A stretch of DNA of 64,000 bases from an uncultured Alphaproteobacteria bacterium (GCA_947175875.1 CAMWON010000002.1:1216-65215); one strand, 5' to 3'. Positions 46,715 through 55,767 are shown, numbered from the stretch's first letter. The notes: generated by a model from the sequence alone, not told the origin. Translations and numbers: made by a program.

Positions 46715-48499
46715 TTATTTTTTTGCCGCCGGCAACAGCCGTTGCACCGCCAGCGGGAAATCCGTACTGCGCGCCAGATAAGAGCCCGACACCAATGCGT
46801 CCGCGCCCGCCGCCCAACACTGGGCGGCCGTGTCCGCGTTTATTCCGCCGTCAACAGATATTGTGAATTTCAAATTGTATTTTTTACGCGTCGCGTTCAA
46901 TACGGAAATTTTCTTTAACGCGCCGGGGTCGAACGGCTGGCCTGCGGCGCCGGGTGCGACGGACATAACCATAACCTCGTCCACTTCGCGCAGTATCGGT
47001 TTTAATATTGAGACCGACGAATCCGGATTCAGCGCCACGCCCGCACGACGGCCGGCCGCCCTGATTTCCCGCAGGGCCGTGCGCACGCCGGACGTGTTTG
47101 TCGACACCACGACCGTATCCGCCCCGGCCGCGATTGCGTCCGCCGCCCAGACGGACGGGCTTTCCGTCATCAAATGAACATGCAGATGCGCGTTTGTTTT
47201 TCCGCGAATCATCTTTAATTCATTTATGCCGCCGGCAACCCGGTCAACATAAAATCCGTCCATAATATCGACATGAATCATGGATATGCCGCCCGATTTA
47301 AACAGTGTGTATGTTTCGGGGCGGCGCATGTTAAAGCACAGCGTGCTGGGCATAATCGGGATAAAGCGCGCGGCGCGTTTGCGCGGGCGCCCGATATGAA
47401 ATATCCCGCGCAGCCACGCGCTGCGTCGGCGCATGCGTTCCTGGCGGGCAAGGGATGCGTCGATGCGCGGCTTTTGCAATGCCCATATATATGTCGCCAG
47501 TGCGCGCGGCGGTGCGTCATACGGCAGCTTTTGAACCGGGATTGAAAACACGTTTTCAAAGAATTCCGCCGCGCCCGCCATTTCCGCACCGCCGCCGCCC
47601 AGCATTATTTTTGTCGGTCTGTATTTTGTGATGGCCGCGGCCGCCGCCTCTTTTACGGCGCCGGCGATTTCAACCATGCGGGGCAGAATTATTTCATTTA
47701 TGTCCGCGCGCGAAAAATCATATGCGGGGTCCGCGGGGGTAAAGCGGTCCATTTCCTGGGGGGCAAGTGATGCGACCGCGCGTTTTACGCGTTCGGCCGC
47801 GTCGGGGTCGATGCGCATTTTGTCCGCAATGTCGCCGGTTATTTTTGCGCCGCCCCCCGGTATTTTGCGAAACATGACCGGACCGCGGTCCGTCCATATC
47901 GACGCGGTCGTATATGCGTCGCCCAAATCAATGAACATTGTGTTTTCGTGGGCACGGCGCAGGGTTGCGTTCAAAAGAAAATGCGGGTCGAAAAATCCGG
48001 CGGTCTGGATATGCGCGCGGCGCATGGCGGCGGTGATTTCATCCATTCGGGCCCGGTCGTAAAATATCGCCCCGAACGCGGATATCAGCGCGCGGTCCGT
48101 ATGCCCGATTGGCGTCAGCACGTTGCGCGCCCCCGGCGTGTCATAGCGCAGCGGGACAATGTGCATCGGATAGAATCCGTCCGGCGGGGTTATCTGGGCG
48201 ATTTGCGCCCGGACGTCCGATGCGGTGATTTTATGTTCGGCGCCCCATGCGGAGCTTTTCGCGCTCATGTCAAAATGTGCGTCGCCGAAATCGCCCGTCA
48301 CATACGCCGCGTCAAAATGTGCGCCAATCTGGCGTTCCAGTTCGTCGATAACGGATTTAAGCGCATATACCGTGTCGCGGCTGTCCATCGAGAATACGGC
48401 CGATTTGTCGATGCGCGCGTTGCGCACGCGGTGCGCGCATCCCCGCACGCCGGCCGCGCCGATGTCCAGGCACAGAAAAGATGAATCAAACAGGTTCAT
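46715..48499 (-). CDS. FtsA-like actin-fold protein fused in frame to ribulose-phosphate 3-epimerase
   Basis: 594 aa. Residues 1-345 are FtsA-like (LDIGAAGV, HIVPLRYD..G....PIG, FIDLGDAYTT, IPGGGAKITGDIA, IMLGGGGAEMAG..EFFENVF). Residues 346-378 form a basic amphipathic stretch. Residues 379-594 are a complete Rpe (HVDIMDGFYV, HVHLM, MSVAPGAAGQPF, SVDGGI, SGSYL). Confidence 0.75.
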   Translation of the reverse strand: MNLFDSSFLCLDIGAAGVRGCAHRVRNARIDKSAVFSMDSRDTVYALKSVIDELERQIGAHFDAAYVTGDFGDAHFDMSAKSSAWGAEHKITASDVRAQIAQITPPDGFYPMHIVPLRYDTPGARNVLTPIGHTDRALISAFGAIFYDRARMDEITAAMRRAHIQTAGFFDPHFLLNATLRRAHENTMFIDLGDAYTTASIWTDRGPVMFRKIPGGGAKITGDIADKMRIDPDAAERVKRAVASLAPQEMDRFTPADPAYDFSRADINEIILPRMVEIAGAVKEAAAAAITKYRPTKIMLGGGGAEMAGAAEFFENVFSIPVQKLPYDAPPRALATYIWALQKPRIDASLARQERMRRRSAWLRGIFHIGRPRKRAARFIPIMPSTLCFNMRRPETYTLFKSGGISMIHVDIMDGFYVDRVAGGINELKMIRGKTNAHLHVHLMTESPSVWAADAIAAGADTVVVSTNTSGVRTALREIRAAGRRAGVALNPDSSVSILKPILREVDEVMVMSVAPGAAGQPFDPGALKKISVLNATRKKYNLKFTISVDGGINADTAAQCWAAGADALVSGSYLARSTDFPLAVQRLLPAAKK

Positions 48500-48503
48500 T
48501 GCT

Positions 48504-49184
48504 TTATTTCACCAGGATGCGCGCATCGTCACGCATGTCGATTACGGATATGTCGCGCGCCAGCAAGTCGTGCTTTTCATTTAATACGATAAGGGACGCA
48601 ATTGCGGCGGCGGGATTTTTCTCGGGCAGCATGACGGTGATGCCGCCGGTTGTCTGGATGTTCCAGCGCCGGTTTTCAATCCATTCAAGGTAATCCAGAC
48701 TGCCGATAAGGTTATGCGCGGCCTTGGTTATTTCGGATATGTCGTCGGGCAGGGGACCGCGGAACACAATTGATGCGGGGTCGCGCTGAGCCTCGGGCCG
48801 GCGGACGATTGTGCCGTCGGCCGACAAGGGAAAGAATGCGTCGCCGTCCGTCCACTGGGCCACGGCGGTGTACATTTTCACGCGCACCGACAGATTGCCG
48901 TTCGGCATGCGGCGCACCGCCGCGTCGCGCACACCGGGGGTGGCCGCAATTCGTGCGGCCATCGCGTTCAGGTCAACCGAATATGTATTCGTGCCGGGCG
49001 CAACGGCGGCGGCCGCCGCCACCGCGTTCAAATCGCCCACGCGCGGGGTGGCGGATATTGATATCGTATGCACGCGCGCGGCGGCGCCGTGGCCCATTGC
49101 GGTCATTATTATACGCACGGCGAAATATGTCGCCCCAATCACGGACAACGCAAAGCACAGCCAAAACCAGAAAGAACGTTTCAT
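48504..49184 (-). CDS. ftsQ: Cell division protein FtsQ
   Basis: 226 aa. N-terminal TM followed by POTRA-like and FtsQ-type domains. It is immediately upstream of the ftsA-like gene. Confidence 0.75.
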   Translation of the reverse strand: MKRSFWFWLCFALSVIGATYFAVRIIMTAMGHGAAARVHTISISATPRVGDLNAVAAAAAVAPGTNTYSVDLNAMAARIAATPGVRDAAVRRMPNGNLSVRVKMYTAVAQWTDGDAFFPLSADGTIVRRPEAQRDPASIVFRGPLPDDISEITKAAHNLIGSLDYLEWIENRRWNIQTTGGITVMLPEKNPAAAIASLIVLNEKHDLLARDISVIDMRDDARILVK

Positions 49185-49237
49185 GTGACGAATTATAGCA
49201 TATTTTTATGCGATAAAAAAGGGGACGGGGCAAAAAA

Positions 49238-49618
49238 TTACATTGCGCGCAGCAGATAACCGCGACGGAACATGCATTTGCGGTAAGAGCCGACGGATTT
49301 CGACGTCGTGTTGCGCGGAACGCTCATCAAACTGCGCTGGCCGACGTCCTTGTATTCGTTTGACTGAAACGTCACCCACAGGCCGTCCCAGTCCGGCATC
49401 ATTCCGCTTTGGTTCGGCGCCAGCAGCTTTGCCAGGCGCGAGCGCGGCAGATACGACGGCTTGGTAATGCCAAGGCACGCCTTGTGGTCGCGGACGAACT
49501 GCTCGGTCGTGACGGCCTCGTTCTCCCAGTTCAGGACGGTGGCGTTGTCAATGCTGCCACGGTTCGGGGACGAACATGCGCACAGGCACAAAACAGGAAT
49601 GATAAATTTTATTCTCAT
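49238..49618 (-). CDS. Small lipoprotein, function unknown
   Basis: 126 aa, lipobox-like IPVLCLCACSS. Confidence 0.5.
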   Translation of the reverse strand: MRIKFIIPVLCLCACSSPNRGSIDNATVLNWENEAVTTEQFVRDHKACLGITKPSYLPRSRLAKLLAPNQSGMMPDWDGLWVTFQSNEYKDVGQRSLMSVPRNTTSKSVGSYRKCMFRRGYLLRAM

Positions 49619-49692
49619 GATACGTCATTATAATTTAATTGCTTTATGGGGGCAATACTTTTTATAATAACAAAAAGGCAAGGGAGCGCATC

Positions 49693-50013
49693 GTGGCAAT
49701 AACAGTGCAAAATTTTATCAAGATGGCGAACTTTTACAACCAGATGACGATGATGATGTCGGCAATCTGTGTGCAAAAGGGCGGCATCGCGATTGAGAAT
49801 TATGTCGGGCGGTTCTTTGCGGCGGACACGCTGGAATTTGTTTATGAATACGGGCGCCGCCTGGTGGAAAGCGGTGCGGCCACGCCGGATGTGCGCGCGC
49901 TGGTCGAACGGTTTCGGATTCAGTACGAACGCGTCAAGGATTTGACCACGCCGTCACAGCGGCCGATTTATGAAATGACGCTGGAAGAATTTGAAAAGTT
50001 GATGAACATATAA
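49693..50013 (+). CDS. Hypothetical protein
   Basis: ORF 49639..50013. GTG 49693 is preferred (AAGGGAG 6 nt upstream). It lies directly upstream of the PilN-like gene. Confidence 0.4.
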   Translation: MAITVQNFIKMANFYNQMTMMMSAICVQKGGIAIENYVGRFFAADTLEFVYEYGRRLVESGAATPDVRALVERFRIQYERVKDLTTPSQRPIYEMTLEEFEKLMNI

Positions 50014-50024
50014 GGGGCATGCGA

Positions 50025-51356
50025 ATGAAAAAAAGTAGACTTATCTATATTGCGATTGCGGCGGCGGTTTGCACCGCATGCGCCCAGCGCGCGGCCCAAA
50101 AAGACATGCCGCAGTATGACACGGTGACGGTGGTGGACAATCTGGTAATCGATGAAAACTCGGTGCCGATTTTCCCGAAAAAGGCGGCGCTGACGACCGA
50201 TACCGCGCGGCGCTTTTCAATAGAACTGCCAAAGCGGTGCAGTGTTGACTGGAACAACCAGTCGGTGGTTTCCGTCGTGCCGGAGGAAAAGATAGAGGTC
50301 GTGCGTCTGGACATGGGGGACGCGCTGCCAAATCTGCAGGTGTCGGATTATGACTTTAAACAGTTAACCGTGAAACAGGCGCTGGACAAACTGCTCGACG
50401 GGACGGACATCGCCGTGGTAGAGGACGAGCAGGGGATTGAAAAAATCACCGGTTCGATACAGTCGGGCGATTTGGCCGACGCGGTGGATTTGATGGCAAA
50501 AATGGGGCGCGCGTATTATACGTATGACGCGGCCGCGGCGGAGCTGCATCTGACGCATCGGGCAAAATGGATGATAAAGATGCCGCGCGATGAAACGATT
50601 ATCATGGCGCTGCTGGATGCGATGCACGGTGCTGATATGCGAAACCTGCTGGTGAACTGGCATGACAAGACGGTCGTGTTCGAAGGGAATTACCAGACCG
50701 AGCGCGAGGTGGCGCGCATCATCGCCGACATATCGTCCAAGAAATTCATGATTGCATGGGATATCGACGTATACCGCGTTTATCCGAAGACGGACAATCC
50801 GATTATATGGATGAACCTGCTGCCGGCGTTCGGCGAAAAAAATGTTCGCATGTCGATACCGGGCGTCGTGGGACGCGCGCTGGTCGTGGGGCCGGAAATC
50901 AATACAAAGACTCTGCAGGAATTTTTGGCCCAGCAGTCGAATGTTGTCTTGATATCCCAGGGCACGTTTGCGGTTCCAAACGGCTGGCAGTCGCGGTTTG
51001 ACATCGGCCAGTGCGGCAAGGAAGAACGCTTAGAAACTGATTTAATTATTGGTGCGACCGGTAAATATGGGAACTTTGGCGGATATAAAAAGATAGACGC
51101 AAAAATAGTCCTGCGCACAAGTCAGGGCGAGTTGTCATCATTTACCATACCGTCCAGTGTTGGTGACAACTATGTCATAATCGGTATACCGACGCATTCG
51201 TTTGTGACGACGCCTGAAACGTTAATCAGCCCGTTTGCCGAACTGGTCGTGTTTATGAGCCCGCGCATCATATCCATTGTCGATGCGGCGGATATTCCCG
51301 ACAATTCGTTCACGCCGCTGGCGGGTGATGCGTTGCGGGCGTTTTTGGCAGAATAG
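50025..51356 (+). CDS. PilN-like secretin lipoprotein (type IVb pilus outer-membrane component)
   Basis: ~443 aa. Lipoprotein-type N-terminus MKKSRLIYIAIAAAVCTACAQ. The C-terminal part (NVVLISQGTFAVPNGWQSRFDIGQ...IDAKIVLRTSQGELSSFTIPSSVGDNYVIIGIP...ELVVFMSPRII) follows the secretin C-domain pattern. Confidence 0.5.
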   Translation: MKKSRLIYIAIAAAVCTACAQRAAQKDMPQYDTVTVVDNLVIDENSVPIFPKKAALTTDTARRFSIELPKRCSVDWNNQSVVSVVPEEKIEVVRLDMGDALPNLQVSDYDFKQLTVKQALDKLLDGTDIAVVEDEQGIEKITGSIQSGDLADAVDLMAKMGRAYYTYDAAAAELHLTHRAKWMIKMPRDETIIMALLDAMHGADMRNLLVNWHDKTVVFEGNYQTEREVARIIADISSKKFMIAWDIDVYRVYPKTDNPIIWMNLLPAFGEKNVRMSIPGVVGRALVVGPEINTKTLQEFLAQQSNVVLISQGTFAVPNGWQSRFDIGQCGKEERLETDLIIGATGKYGNFGGYKKIDAKIVLRTSQGELSSFTIPSSVGDNYVIIGIPTHSFVTTPETLISPFAELVVFMSPRIISIVDAADIPDNSFTPLAGDALRAFLAE

Positions 51357-51370
51357 GGGACTTGTTGCAG

Positions 51371-52627
51371 ATGTTGTTTTCAAAGCTTGAAAGAAAGATT
51401 GCATTCAGATACATGTGGGCGAAAAAGCGCGGATTCGGTTCCGTGATTTCGTGGGTGTCGCTGGTTGGAATCGCGCTGGGGGTGGCGACCCTGATTGTGG
51501 TTATGTCCGTTATGGCCGGATTTCACGATACTTTGTTGAACCGCATAATCGGAATGAACGGGCATGTCGTCGTTTACCACCAGGACGGGGCAATCGCCGA
51601 TTATGATTTCCTAATTGACAAGATGCGCCAGAACAAGGTTGTTTCCGCACGCGCCACGGGCATTGTTCCCATTGCCGAGGGCCAGGTTATGGCAACCGCC
51701 GGCGGCAACAACACCGGTGCAATGATACGCGGTATCCGCATGTCCGACCTGCAGGCAAAGGTGGACGGCGGCACCAGAATATACGGCCGCCCGATATCGG
51801 AAATAAAAGACGGCGAACTGATTGCGGGCGCGTCACTGGCACGCGCGCTGAACGTGACGATGGGGGACAAGGTGTCGCTGGTATCGGCCGCGGGGGCGAC
51901 GCCGACGCCGTTCGGAACAATGCCGCGCATTATGTCGTATCCGGTCATGTCGTCTTTCTTTATGGGAATGTACGAATATGACTCGGGGTATATATTCATG
52001 CCGCTGGAAACCGCACAGAAATATTTGAATATCGGAAATTCGGTCACGCATATCGATTTGTTCCTGCGCGACCCCGAGGATACGCGCGCGGTTGCGGATG
52101 CGCTGGGGCGGCTGTTGCCGGACGGGTTTGTCGTGCGCGACTGGCGCGATTTGAATCGCGGGTTTGTCGGTGCGCTGCAGGTGGAATCAAACGTTATGTT
52201 TTTAATTTTAATGCTGATTGTGATTGTTGCGGCGTTTAATATCGTGTCCAGTCTGGTAATGCTGGTCAAGGACAAATCCAAAGACATTGCGGTTCTGCGC
52301 ACGTTCGGGGTTTCGCGCCGTTCCATGATGCGCATATTCATATTGTCGGGTACCAGCATCGGCGCCATCGGCGCGGCGGTGGGAACCGTTCTGGGGGTAA
52401 TTGTCGCGATTTATATCGAGCCCATTCGCAAAGGCGTTCAATGGTTAACGGGGCGCGATTTGTTCCCGGCGGATTTGTATTATTTGTCGGAACTGCCGTC
52501 AAAGCTGTCCGTTACATCGGTCGTCGGCATTGCGGCACTGGCGATTGCGCTGGCGTTTGTGGCGACACTGTATCCGGCGTGGAAGGCGGCCTCTACCGAC
52601 CCTGTTGATGTATTAAGGAACGAATAA
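51371..52627 (+). CDS. lolC: Lipoprotein-releasing system permease LolC/LolE
   Basis: ~418 aa. FRYMWAKKRGFGSVISWVSLVGIALGVATLIVVMSVMAGF, MacB-like periplasmic domain, FtsX-type C-terminus. Confidence 0.88.
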   Translation: MLFSKLERKIAFRYMWAKKRGFGSVISWVSLVGIALGVATLIVVMSVMAGFHDTLLNRIIGMNGHVVVYHQDGAIADYDFLIDKMRQNKVVSARATGIVPIAEGQVMATAGGNNTGAMIRGIRMSDLQAKVDGGTRIYGRPISEIKDGELIAGASLARALNVTMGDKVSLVSAAGATPTPFGTMPRIMSYPVMSSFFMGMYEYDSGYIFMPLETAQKYLNIGNSVTHIDLFLRDPEDTRAVADALGRLLPDGFVVRDWRDLNRGFVGALQVESNVMFLILMLIVIVAAFNIVSSLVMLVKDKSKDIAVLRTFGVSRRSMMRIFILSGTSIGAIGAAVGTVLGVIVAIYIEPIRKGVQWLTGRDLFPADLYYLSELPSKLSVTSVVGIAALAIALAFVATLYPAWKAASTDPVDVLRNE

Positions 52628-53337
52628 TGGCGAACATACTGAATTCTTTGTCAAAGGTTTCCCGCGGCGACGTGGTTCTGTCCGTGCGCGACATAAAGAA
52701 GACTTTTATGGAGGGCGGCCAGCCGCTGCATATTCTGCGTGGTGGCGGATTTGACCTGCACCGCGGCGAGATTATCGCCCTGGTCGGACAATCGGGCAGC
52801 GGCAAGTCAACATTGCTGCAATGCGTGGGACTGCTGGACCGGCCGACATCGGGCAGCATTTTAATCGGCGGCGTCGCCGCGCAGAAAATGGACGATGAAA
52901 TGCGCACGAATATGCGCCGCGACAAGATTGGATTTGTTTACCAGCGGCATAATCTGCTGGGCGATTTTACGGCGCTGGAAAACGTGGCGCTGCCGATGCT
53001 GACGCGGGGGGTGCCGGAGTATGAGGCAAACGCGCGCGCGATGAAACTGTTGCGGGCGGCAAATGTCGCGCATCGCGCATCGCACTTTCCGGGCGAGATG
53101 TCCGGTGGCGAGCAGCAGCGCACCGCCGTTGCACGCGCATTGGCGAACGGACCTGAAATTTTGCTGGCGGACGAGCCGACAGGCAGTCTGGACCCCGCCC
53201 ATGCAACGGCCGTGTTCGACATACTGCTGGATTTGGTGCGGCGCAACAAGATGGCGATGCTGTTTGTGACGCATGACATGAATCTTGCGGCGCGCGCGGA
53301 CAGAACGATTACAATAAAAGACGGTATCGTCAAATAG
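52627..53337 (+). CDS. lolD: Lipoprotein-releasing system ATP-binding protein LolD
   Basis: 236 aa. Motifs: GQSGSGKSTLL, MSGGEQQRTAVARAL, LLADEPTGSLD. Confidence 0.9.
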   Translation: MANILNSLSKVSRGDVVLSVRDIKKTFMEGGQPLHILRGGGFDLHRGEIIALVGQSGSGKSTLLQCVGLLDRPTSGSILIGGVAAQKMDDEMRTNMRRDKIGFVYQRHNLLGDFTALENVALPMLTRGVPEYEANARAMKLLRAANVAHRASHFPGEMSGGEQQRTAVARALANGPEILLADEPTGSLDPAHATAVFDILLDLVRRNKMAMLFVTHDMNLAARADRTITIKDGIVK

Positions 53338-53362
53338 ACAATAAAAAACGGAGGGAGAAATC

Positions 53363-54094
53363 ATGAAAAAACAAGAAAATGTGAAAGTGGCCTGTTGTTC
53401 GCGTAGCCAGAAAATATGGGGCGTTGTCGCGCTGGCCGGGCTGTTTATGTGCGGTCTGTTTGTCGGCGCCACAATCAACGGAAACAAAAGCGCGCCCGCT
53501 TTGGAATATGCCGGCGCACAACCGGATACGGCCGACATGGAAACATGCCGGGTAATAGAAAATTTCCTGTTGCGCCGTGTTAATCCGATTGATTCTTCAC
53601 AGATTGCCCAGCACAGTGAAAATATCGATATTTATAAAATGCTGATTGAAAACGGCTGTCCGGAAAATGTCGAAAGATATCAGGGCTTGCTGACCCAGGA
53701 AATCGCGATAATAGAAATTTTGAAAAGCAACCAGATGCCGGCGACGACACACACATGCTCCGAGATTGAAGAGGTGCTGATGCAGAGTCTGCCGTCCGAC
53801 AACATGCAGAACAGCGACGTTCGCATCGAGCGTGCGAAAATTTACGCCAATCTGTCGGAACGCGGATGCCCCGAAAATTCACAGCAGTATGTAAATCTGG
53901 CGGCCAAGGAATTGGAAATCGCGCGCGCACTGCGTGATGACAAGTTTGACACGGCGGAGACGGTAGAGGTTGTCGAGACATACAAGCGTCTGGAAATGAA
54001 GCAGGCCGCGTCAGAGGTTCTGGACAAGGTTCAGAAATTAACCGATCCGGCGATTGATTTCATAATCCAGGTACAAAAGATAATAGAGGAATAA
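53363..54094 (+). CDS. Exported/anchored protein with duplicated (E/R)(N/R)GCPEN helical repeat
   Basis: 243 aa with an N-terminal hydrophobic anchor. Two ~75-aa repeats: YKMLIENGCPENVERYQGLLTQEIAIIEIL and YANLSERGCPENSQQYVNLAAKELEIARAL. Confidence 0.55.
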   Translation: MKKQENVKVACCSRSQKIWGVVALAGLFMCGLFVGATINGNKSAPALEYAGAQPDTADMETCRVIENFLLRRVNPIDSSQIAQHSENIDIYKMLIENGCPENVERYQGLLTQEIAIIEILKSNQMPATTHTCSEIEEVLMQSLPSDNMQNSDVRIERAKIYANLSERGCPENSQQYVNLAAKELEIARALRDDKFDTAETVEVVETYKRLEMKQAASEVLDKVQKLTDPAIDFIIQVQKIIEE

Positions 54095-54106
54095 AAGGGG
54101 GCGCAG

Positions 54107-54733
54107 ATGCGTAAAATCACACTTGCCTTGATTGTGGGTGCCTTGTCGTTCAACGCCTTGGCCGCGGATGTGACAGAGCGTCAGTCGTGTGCGGATATAA
54201 AGGCGCGAATTGACGCACTGGCGGCCGAGGCCGATTTGAATGATGCGGACGCGGCGTTGTTAACGGATTTGCGCGGGGCGTATCGTCGCGACTGTGTGGC
54301 GCGCGCATCGGGCCGCGGTTCGCGTACGATTGCCGCCGCCCGTGTTCAGGTGGCCACACCAAAAAAGACAGATGCGGAGAAAGAAGAGACGCCGGCCCCG
54401 GAAGAACCGTTGGTTGCCGACGCGTGCACCAACCCCGACGCCAACGGTTGCTGTCCGGGCGAGGAGTATTCCGATATCGGCAACGGCGTAATGTATTGCT
54501 GTAAAGGCGACGCTTGTTTCCCGCCGATGCAGGTGACGCCGCCGCAACCACAAAAGTCAGAGGAGGAAATCGCCGCCGAGATTGCCGCGAATATAGAAAA
54601 GGGACTTTGCGGTGACGGAACAAAGCCGAATAAATTCGGATGCTGTGCCGGCGAGATATTCAAGGACCTGGGCAACGCGACATTTGCATGCTGTAAGAAA
54701 GACGGTAATGAATGCTTTCCGCCGATGAATTAA
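54107..54733 (+). CDS. Secreted cysteine-rich repeat protein
   Basis: 208 aa with a signal peptide. Two ~40-aa repeats: C..PDANGCCPGEEYSDIGNGVMYCCKGDACFPPM and CGDGTKPNKFGCCAGEIFKDLGNATFACCKKDGNECFPPM. Confidence 0.55.
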   Translation: MRKITLALIVGALSFNALAADVTERQSCADIKARIDALAAEADLNDADAALLTDLRGAYRRDCVARASGRGSRTIAAARVQVATPKKTDAEKEETPAPEEPLVADACTNPDANGCCPGEEYSDIGNGVMYCCKGDACFPPMQVTPPQPQKSEEEIAAEIAANIEKGLCGDGTKPNKFGCCAGEIFKDLGNATFACCKKDGNECFPPMN

Positions 54734-54750
54734 CGGGTGCACTTGGGAAT

Positions 54751-54778
54751 AAAAAAACGGCCTTTTGGGCCGTTTTTT
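54751..54778. terminator. Bidirectional intrinsic terminator
   Basis: A7-CGGCC-ttttg-GGCCG-T6 between convergent genes. Confidence 0.75.
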
Positions 54779-55418
54779 ATTTCTGATTTTGACGCAATTT
54801 GTGAATGTCGTGCATCTTTTTCATGCCGCGGGCCTGGCTGATGCGTTGCATGCGACGCTCAAATTTATCCAGGATGTTCGCGTTTATTTCTTCGCGTGCG
54901 GACATGGTGTTTGCCATCGGCGCAAAGTCAATCATTACAATAATGATATAGTGTGCGGCGGGCGTTTTCAGCGTTTCCACAAATTCGCGCAATTTTTCCT
55001 GTTCCGCGCTTTCCGCAGCGCGACGCATTTCGTCTTTGCGCTCTAATTCCGCCGTCACATCCGCCAACCATTGCGCGGATTTTTTGGTTTTATCTGATTG
55101 CTCAACATGGTCGGTCAAATTGTCAAAGTATTCGGCCAATGCCTGCTTGTCCACATTCTTGCGGTATTTTTTGCGGGCGACTGGCGCGGCCGGATTCGGC
55201 ATGGGGGCGGCCGACGGCGCGGCGTGTGCGGTGGCAAATTCATTTTTGTCGCACTGCAATTTTTTCTGCGATGTTTTTATCTGTGGGGCACCTTTGACGT
55301 CCGATGTTTTTTGAGGTGGAACCATCGCCGGATTTCCGTATGTCTGGTAATAATAGTGCGTGTTGGCGATTCTTGGGACAAACTGCAGGCTTGCGATTAT
55401 TTGAGATATATTGTACAT
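54777..55418 (-). CDS. Hypothetical protein
   Basis: 213-aa ORF, basic and helical C-terminal half, no recognised motif. Confidence 0.45.
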   Translation of the reverse strand: MYNISQIIASLQFVPRIANTHYYYQTYGNPAMVPPQKTSDVKGAPQIKTSQKKLQCDKNEFATAHAAPSAAPMPNPAAPVARKKYRKNVDKQALAEYFDNLTDHVEQSDKTKKSAQWLADVTAELERKDEMRRAAESAEQEKLREFVETLKTPAAHYIIIVMIDFAPMANTMSAREEINANILDKFERRMQRISQARGMKKMHDIHKLRQNQK

Positions 55419-55514
55419 AAGTGCTCCTTTGTATTTTGTATGATAGCAGTGTTGACAATATTTGGCAATAGTATATGCGTGTTTGGCGGAATTTTTATTA
55501 AATGCAATAATCGC

Positions 55515-55542
55515 TTGCTTTTGGGGAATATTGGTATATAAT
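55515..55542 (+). promoter_or_regulatory. Sigma70-type promoter for the tRNA-Gly/tRNA-Tyr pair
   Basis: TTGCTT-16 nt-TATAAT, ending 20 nt before tRNA-Gly. Confidence 0.6.
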
Positions 55543-55562
55543 CATTGGGCTCTAGATTTGTT

Positions 55563-55637
55563 GCGGGCATAGTACAAAGGCTAGTATGCAAGCCTTCCAA
55601 GCTTGAAATGCGGGTTCGATTCCCGCTGCCCGCACCA
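55563..55637 (+). tRNA. tRNA-Gly(TCC)
   Basis: GCGGGCATAGTACAAAGGCTAGTATGCAAGCCTTCCAAGCTTGAAATGCGGGTTCGATTCCCGCTGCCCGCACCA. It forms a full cloverleaf with anticodon loop CTTCCAA. Confidence 0.9.
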
Positions 55638-55643
55638 TAGATT

Positions 55644-55730
55644 GGGCGTGCGCCGGAGTTGGAGAGCCGGGGCAGACTGTAAATCTGTTGGCTTAAGCCT
55701 GAGCTGGTTCGAATCCAGCCACTCCCACCA
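55644..55730 (+). tRNA. tRNA-Tyr(GTA), long variable arm
   Basis: GGGCGTGCGCCGGAGTTGGAGAGCCGGGGCAGACTGTAAATCTGTTGGCTTAAGCCTGAGCTGGTTCGAATCCAGCCACTCCCACCA. Anticodon loop CTGTAAA. It has one acceptor mismatch (C4:T69) and C at position 8. Confidence 0.8.
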
Positions 55731-55731
55731 G
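55721..55731 (+). repeat. Direct repeat (tRNA-Tyr 3' end), copy 1
   Basis: ACTCCCACCAG. Confidence 0.7.
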
Positions 55732-55735
55732 AATG

Positions 55736-55767
55736 AACGACCGTTATCATAACGGTCGTTTTTCTTT
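55736..55767 (+). terminator. Intrinsic terminator of the tRNA pair
   Basis: AACGACCGTT-atcat-AACGGTCGTT followed by TTTCTTT. Confidence 0.8.

Noticed and set aside
52861-53538. 225-aa minus-strand ORF overlapping lolD
   Set aside because: It is antisense to lolD (Walker A, signature and Walker B motifs present) and to the start of the next gene.
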